From: Octopus sinensis
Taxonomy: Eukaryota
Length of the DNA: 64,000 nt
NCBI RefSeq assembly: GCF_006345805.1
Contig: NC_043005.1
Span: 83,638,001-83,702,000, forward strand
Direction of reading: 5' to 3'
Position numbers and translations under genes: made by a program. The notes beneath the pieces were generated by a model. It searched no databases. It was not told the origin of the DNA and saw nothing but the letters and a program-made list of their open reading frames with translations. Shown one piece after another: positions 1-64,000 of this stretch (its first letter is position 1; each line of letters begins with the position of its first letter).

Positions 1-145
1 CCTATTAAACGATGCCTGGACCTTTATGATTCAATGATTTCACTTAGTAACGGTAAGTCATCATACACAAGAAAATACGCTCAATTCTTGTTTGCAGCTT
101 ATGAATGGAACATGGAAACTAAAAGAAGCCTGTCACATAACCTGT

Positions 146-181
<36 letters not shown>

Positions 182-1556
182 CACTTACATGTCTTCAAAG
201 ACATGCTCTGCTAGAGGAAATGACATGGCAATCATTTTCCCTATCAACATGTTGTCTTCTGGTTTTGCATCATCAAAGACATGCAGAAACTAAAATCCCT
301 TGTTTGAAAAACCAGTCAAGGTTAGTGACAAGAAGGACATCTGGCTGTATAAGAAAACCTCAAAAATATGTACATCTAACTCATACTAGCATAGAAAAAA
401 CAAATGTAAAAACAAATGAAATGAATAAACAACAATTTTCTTTCAATGATATCAGAGTTCAATCATTAAAAACAGGACAGAGAACTGGAAAACAAAAAAT
501 GGAGAATTTTGGATATTTTTACCAAATAAAAATGGGAAATTTAAAATGCTTAAAATATATATAATTTTGTTGCACTGCATAAATCATAAATGCATTATTA
601 TTCATTAATATTGTTCATTAGTCTTTTTGTTTTTGTATTTTAGCTTTAATCAGATTTGTTTGTTTTTATGATCTTGTTATTAGAATTCCCTCTCATTTCT
701 GAACTAATAAAAAATATGATAAAAGGTTTTAAAATGTAAAGTTTAATTTACAGATGATGAAAAAGGCTAAGTGTGGCTTCAAGTGAGGATAACAAAGACA
801 ATTGTGAACAGTTCAATATGAAACCAGATGAAATTAACTGCAGATCAATGTGAGGTTAACAAAGGAAGGAGTTAAGTGCAGCTCAGTGTTGGTATGATAA
901 AAGAGGCTGAGTGCAACCGTCCTTTGAGAGGTTAATGAAATAACCGAGTGCAGTTTAAAGTGAGAGTGATAACAAAACTGAACTATAATCATGCAGTAAC
1001 ACACAACCCATAAAAATAATCAAATTCTTAATATTGTTGTTTAGTCTTTGGTCAGCACTGATTGAGCAGGTTTATGATCAAAGACATTCCAACCGTGACC
1101 ATCCCATTATTTTTATATATCTAAGACTAAGATGTCCAGTGTCTCCCTCTTTTTCCATAATTGTAGGGTATGATCTGAAGGATATTTGGTTGCTATTTTT
1201 AGCAAATCATGCAACCATGTAATGGATCAGTGTTGTAAACTGTATTGTTGATTACTCCCAGGACAACTCTGATTGAACAAAATTATCAAAACCATGCTTG
1301 CCATGACCATCCCATCTTTTATTTTTGAGTATAATCTAAGGCTAGCCAATTTGTCCTTCCCTTTTTCAAGATGACAGGATATGTTCTGAGTGAGATTCGA
1401 TTGCTATTTCTAGTCGGTCAGTTGACCACGAAGAAGCTTTCCTTGCATGGGAGTTATGAACACTTTTCTATTTTTAGATTTTTGATGTGGGCTTGTACCT
1501 TGATACCCTACACAGTCACGGAGTTCCCAAATGCGACTGCTGTCCTTAACAATAAA

Positions 1557-1770
1557 GTGAGGCAAAATTAGACAAAATTCCTTGTGGAATTTTTTCCAGG
1601 TCTTTACGTTTTACATTCAAATCCCTCTGAGGTCAACTTTGTGATTCATCTTTCCATTATCAATAAAATAAAGTGCCAGTCAAGTACTGAGGTCAATGTA
1701 TTTGACTAACCCATCCCCTCAAAATTGTAGATCTTAGCACCAAAATTTGAAACCATTACTATTGTTGTTA

Positions 1771-1810
<40 letters not shown>

Positions 1811-2009
1811 GGCAGCAAGCTGGCAGAATTGTTAGCACACTGAGCAAAATGCTTAGCGACATTTCATCCATCTTTATGTTCTGAGTTCAAATTCTGCCAA
1901 GGTTGACTTTGCCTTTCATTCTTTCGGGCTCCATAAATTAAATACCAGTGAAACACAGGTACTAGTCCTCTCCCCCAAAATTTCAAACCTTGTGTCTATA
2001 GCAGAAAGG

Positions 2010-2052
<43 letters not shown>

Positions 2053-2076
2053 GTAGTAGTAGTAGTAGTAGTAGTA

Positions 2077-2120
<44 letters not shown>

Positions 2121-2335
2121 TGGTGGTGAGCAGGCAGCATTGTTTGCATGTCAAACGAAATGCGTAGCAGCATTTCGCCCATCTTTACATTCTGTGTTCA
2201 AATTCCGCTGAGGTCAACTTTGCCTTTCATCTTTTCAGGGTTGATGAAATAAATACCAGTTGAGCTCTGGGGTTGATGAATTTAACTACCACCCCCACCT
2301 CTAAAATTTCAGGCCTTGTGCATGTAGTAGAAAGG

Positions 2336-2388
<53 letters not shown>

Positions 2389-3010
2389 CTTGTTCAACAT
2401 TTGGTAGTTTGAGGCAAATTTCTACTGCATCATCTGCTACATCTCCATACTGTTGGGGGTGTGTGGCACTTTGGATTCTTTTTTGTTGTTGAGAGGGCAC
2501 AAACTCATCCTGGCATTGTTATTACTATTATTATTATTATTACTATTATCATTATTATTAAACCAGCAAGCTGGCAGAACCATTACCAAGCTGAAAAAAC
2601 TGCTTAGCAGCATTTCTTCCAGCTTAATATTCTGAGTTCAAATGCTGCCAAGGTTGACTTTGCTTTTCATCCTTTAGGGGACAATAAAATAAGTGCCAGT
2701 TGAGCACTGGTGTCGATGCAATCAGCTGACCCCTTCCCATGAACATTGCTAGCAAGTGCCAAAATTTGAAACCATTATTATTATTATGAAGACAGGAGGT
2801 GGCAAAATTGTTAGCACACTAAACTAAATGCTTAGAAATATTTCTTGCAGCTCTTTACATTCTGAGTTCAAATACTGCTTCGTCTACTTAGCCTTTCGTC
2901 TTTTCAAGATCAACAAAATAATATACCAGTAAAATACTGGGGTCAATGTAATTGACTTGCTCCCTCCCCTCAAAACTGCTGGCTTCGATGTAAAAACTGA
3001 AACCATTATT
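1557..3010 (+). mobile_element. Five head-to-tail copies of tRNA-derived SINE family A, separated by (TTA)n/(TAG)n
   Basis: Repeated GGCAG..AGCTGGCAGAA...GAGTTCAAAT.C.GC..AGGT.GACTTTGCCTTTCATC unit with A/B-box-like motifs. Confidence 0.8.
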
Positions 3011-3196
3011 ATTCTTAAAATAATAATATTAATAATAATAATAATAATAATCACCATCATTATCATGGCCCACATCATTATCATCAAACAACTAAAACAT
3101 GAGAAATGATTTGTGACAGATTTTTTACTAAGAGCAAAAATTGAAAAAAGTAAAAGTGACAAAGGAAAAAACAAAATGAAAACAAAAGCAACTTAC

Positions 3197-60532
<57,336 letters not shown>

Positions 60533-60741
60533 CTAAATTCAATGAGAAAAATAAAACAATTGATAAAGAATTTACAACAAAACTCTCACCAAATAATTTA
60601 ACATATTGTTCTGTGAGACAATGAGGGAAACTCTAGTTCCTAAGTAGTTGCTCAAATTATAAGAAATAGCAACCAAATTTGCCTGAAAGCATACTATTAT
60701 ATTAAGAAAACGAAGAACATTTAGGATTGTGTAGTTCTAAG

Positions 60742-61112
60742 TCTATATATATAAAGCTGAAGTTGTCTGTGTTTGCCAGGTTTGGTAGCCTTCAACTAAC
60801 ACTATCTTCTCCGAGACCCTGTGGCGCAAGTTGACCAAAATTGAGAGTATGATAGAAGTCCGCAGAAAAATCAAATTGGACCATGTCAAGACCAAAAATT
60901 ATTTACATCAAAAAGGTGCTTTTTTTCTATGAAAATCCCTATTTTTTTAAAGATTTTTTAACTGCTGTTTCGCCATTTTTCGGTGTGTTTAAACCAGAAA
61001 AATGTTCACTTAAAGAGAATATCAAGCTACATAATGCAAAATTTTTACTTTTCAAAAATTCCAATTCTAAAGGGTCGAAACAAACCCGAGCAACTTCGGG
61101 CAATACTGCTAG
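60742..61112 (+). mobile_element. Non-autonomous Helitron, family 2
   Basis: TC start, CCCGAGCAACTTCGGG hairpin, CTAG|T end. Confidence 0.8.
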
Positions 61113-61956
61113 TATATACTATATCTGAAAAATTACAAGACATTAAACTGAATGACCCTTTGCTCAGTTGCTCAACCAGCTAGAAGAAATAAACAAATTT
61201 CCCCCAAATCATATCTTACAACACGGTGGGTGGGTTATAATTAAAAAGAAAAGACACATTGGACAGTGTAATCACAGGTAAATAAAAAAGGTAGTATAGT
61301 CAAGGCTGAAATTCTTGTTAACCACCTGTCTTCTCAATCAAAACTCATCTGGGATAAAATGGCAACAATAACAGACAGGATGACAGATCTTCTTGATCAG
61401 AGCTAATTAAAACAATAGCAACAACAATAACAATATATTGCTCTGCACTGAAAAGTAGGATTTCCTTTCCACAAGAAATACCTACCTTTTTAAAGTTATA
61501 TTTACTTTATTTTTTAACCTTTTTGTTATATTTTTTTTTTAAGATACACCACCCTTGTTTCAGTTTATTTAAAAAATAATGAAGAATTTACAAAATATTT
61601 TTGTCCTCATTAAGTTGATGTTTGGAACAGAATTAACATGAAATCCTTTTGAATCATTAGATCTAGATCATTAGATTTACATTTGTAATCAAGAAATTTG
61701 TGACACAGAACTGAGGGCAGCCTCCAGTGAGTTGGCATCAGTTAAAGAAAAAAGTGCCACAATATTTTCATAACCACCCCAATCCCCACTCAATGTCTGG
61801 AGCAGGGATAACTGGGTAAAATGGGAGAGGTTCTGGCTAGAGGTAAATGAAAAAGAAAACAAGATTACACACATATTTCATTATACATACATACATGCAT
61901 ACATCATATTTACATACATACATATATACATACATACATGCATACATACATACATA

Positions 61957-62795
61957 CAAGGTGTGATGGGTAAACTGTTGCCATTTTATATTTTTGATTT
62001 TGCACATGCACATTGTTTGTTTTTGATTTTGTCATCTACACAGTATAGTAGGGTCAGTTGGACACTGTCTGTGAAAAAAACAGCACAATGTTGCAATTCA
62101 CTCTGCCAGAAATTTGGAAATGACATGTTGTACTACTTGGCATTTGCACCGAAAGCTCCAATACGAACATTTCAGAGAGTTTGGGTGTCAATCTGAGGAC
62201 ATGTACTGAGAGTGATGAAAATCAAACTTCCAGTCAACATCATGGTGTTTGGAGTGATCACTAGTGATGGCGACGTTATGCCTCCATACAGCCTCAGCTT
62301 CAACACAAAGGCCTACATCAAGTACCTGGAGGAGATAGTGCTGCCCTGAGTCAAGAGGGTGGTTGCTGCAAGACCTTATGTCGGGCAACAGGACTCTGCA
62401 CCATGCCACACAAGCAGGAGAACCCAATCATGGCTGTCAGACAATTTCCTAGACCACAACACCCTTAACATCTGGCCACATCACTCCCCAGACTGCAATC
62501 CCCTTGATTATTATGTGTGGGGTGCAGTTGAGTGAGAGACCAGCAAAACTCCTTGTCACAGCAAAGATGAACTGAAGGCAAGGATTATGGCAGCATTCAC
62601 CAGCTTAAACAAGGAGACCGTCCAGAAGAGTTGCAGGAGATTCTGAAGTTATTTGGGGGCCATGGTTGAAGCCAATAGCGATTTTATTGAATGAATTTTT
62701 GTCATTTTGGTAAATATATCTGTTCAAATGAAATGTCAGTTATTTTGATTTTTGTTAAGTTTAGACTTAGACAACAGTTTATTCACTGCACCCTA
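61957..62795 (+). mobile_element. Decayed Tc1/mariner (IS630-like/DD37D-type) transposon
   Basis: Imperfect TIRs (CAAGGTG...CACCCTA) in TA context; remnants QQDSAPCHTSRRTQSWL and SPDCNPLDYYVWG with stops. Confidence 0.8.
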
Positions 62796-62874
62796 TACAT
62801 ACATGCATACACACACACACACATGCACACACACACATACGCACACACACATACACATGTATATGCATAATCAG

Positions 62875-63090
62875 GAGAGGGTGGTGAAAAGTTCCTGGCT
62901 TTAAGGGTATCGTGAATGGCCTGGTTGGAGGTACAACCTTCCAAGTTCTTTTACAGGGCTTAGAAAAACTGAAGGACCACTGCAATAAGTGGGTGAATCT
63001 GAGAGGGGAATATGTTGGCTAAAATCTTAATTGACTGATCCTCCTGTATTTTCTTTTGTCCAAAGCCAGGAACTTTTCAGTATAGCCACA
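62875..63090 (+). mobile_element. Mariner-derived MITE-like remnant
   Basis: TGAAAAGTTCCTGGCTTT ... AAAGCCAGGAACTTTTCA inverted ends; internal C-terminal transposase remnant (KWVNLRGEYV). Confidence 0.7.
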
Positions 63091-64000
63091 TGTATATATA
63101 TATATATATATAAGCATACATAAGGGAACAAGGTGTACGTTACGCCACAATAATATAGGTATAAAAATTATATATAAAGAAACAAGAATTTTTATACCTA
63201 TATTATTGCAGCGTAACGTACACCTCGTTCCCTTATGTATGCTTACATTCCATCCATTTGTACGACTTCTAAAAACTTTCTCTATACCTCACTTTCTGTC
63301 TTTCTCTTTCTCGCCTTTGATTCTTTGGTCCCCCTCTTCCCCCACTCTCCCACATTTCTCTGCCTTTCTCGCTGTGCGCCATTGCTTCTGTTGCCAAGCC
63401 ATCTTTGGTGTGCTCTGTCTCTTCCCCCCCTCTTCCTTCCATCCTCTTTAATTCCTTCTTTCTCTCTCTCTCTCCCCCTACTCTCACGTGACCTGGTCAA
63501 TCCTTGGCGCGCTCTGTTTCTTCTACCCTCTTTAATTCCTTCTTTCTCTTTCTCTCTCTCTCTACCCTCATGTGACCTGCTGAATAACCAGCCATTCCGT
63601 TGGTGGCCGCTGCCGGTTCAACATTGTTCCCGTCTGCCGAAAAGGCAATTTTTCCAAACACGCCTGCTAGATATATTAAATTTGTCTAAAGTCGTAAGAC
63701 ACCTGCTGTTATCCTGTTATTACCATTCTTGTTTTTGTTTTTATTTTTGTTTTTGTTTTTTGTATTTATATTTGTGTGGCTTCATCCGTTTTTCTGTCCT
63801 TGTTTCGTTTACATTCGATCCTTTTTCCAAGAAATCTAATGCTCGCAGCTTAGTTTTTCATTGGGGCTGGCCGTTTCGGAGCAATATCAGGATTAATCAG
63901 CCGAAATTTGCTATGATGATCCGGTTTCTGACTGAAGATTAAAGGCTTCAGTTTTTTGTGTTCGTCCCTTTGTGTAATTCCCGTTCTTGTTTCTTTATAT

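Noticed and set aside
34-564. 176-aa plus-strand ORF
   Set aside because: It runs through a (GT)n microsatellite and a decayed repeat, has no recognisable domain, and is antisense within a dynein intron.
61689-61874. Possible extra dynein exon (pyrimidine tract plus AG near 61838)
   Set aside because: No dynein-like translation in the frames read, and no donor giving a convincing phase-compatible join to the 60532 acceptor.
63235-63942. 235-aa plus-strand ORF
   Set aside because: Low-complexity L/S/F/P sequence from CT-rich repeat DNA, with no domain motifs.

Overview
This is AT-rich, repeat-dense eukaryotic genomic DNA. The SINE and microsatellite landscape suggests an Octopus or other coleoid cephalopod (inference). 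The whole window lies inside one minus-strand gene, an axonemal inner-arm dynein heavy chain most similar to DNAH7. I hand-assembled 28 internal exons from 60532 down to 3197. All are GT-AG, phase-compatible and stop-free, giving 4788 nt (1596 codons) from the stem/linker through AAA1 (GPAGTGKT), AAA2 (GEPFGGKT) and the AAA3 P-loop (GPTGTGKS). The start and stop codons lie outside the window. Introns hold three tRNA-derived SINE families, an RTE-tailed SINE-like family, LINE fragments (R4/Dong, CR1, L1/Tx1, RTE), dead Tc1/mariner copies, two non-autonomous Helitron families, fold-back elements and microsatellites. The most notable signal is a set of type I hammerhead-ribozyme motifs in non-coding, mostly inverted-repeat (Penelope-like/retrozyme-like) elements. 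They include apparent core variants (a G3:C8 swap and U4C). The best-preserved copies are antisense to the host pre-mRNA, while the sense copies are broken. Most ORF-track entries are microsatellite or SINE artefacts. All structure calls were made by eye and need computational and experimental confirmation.
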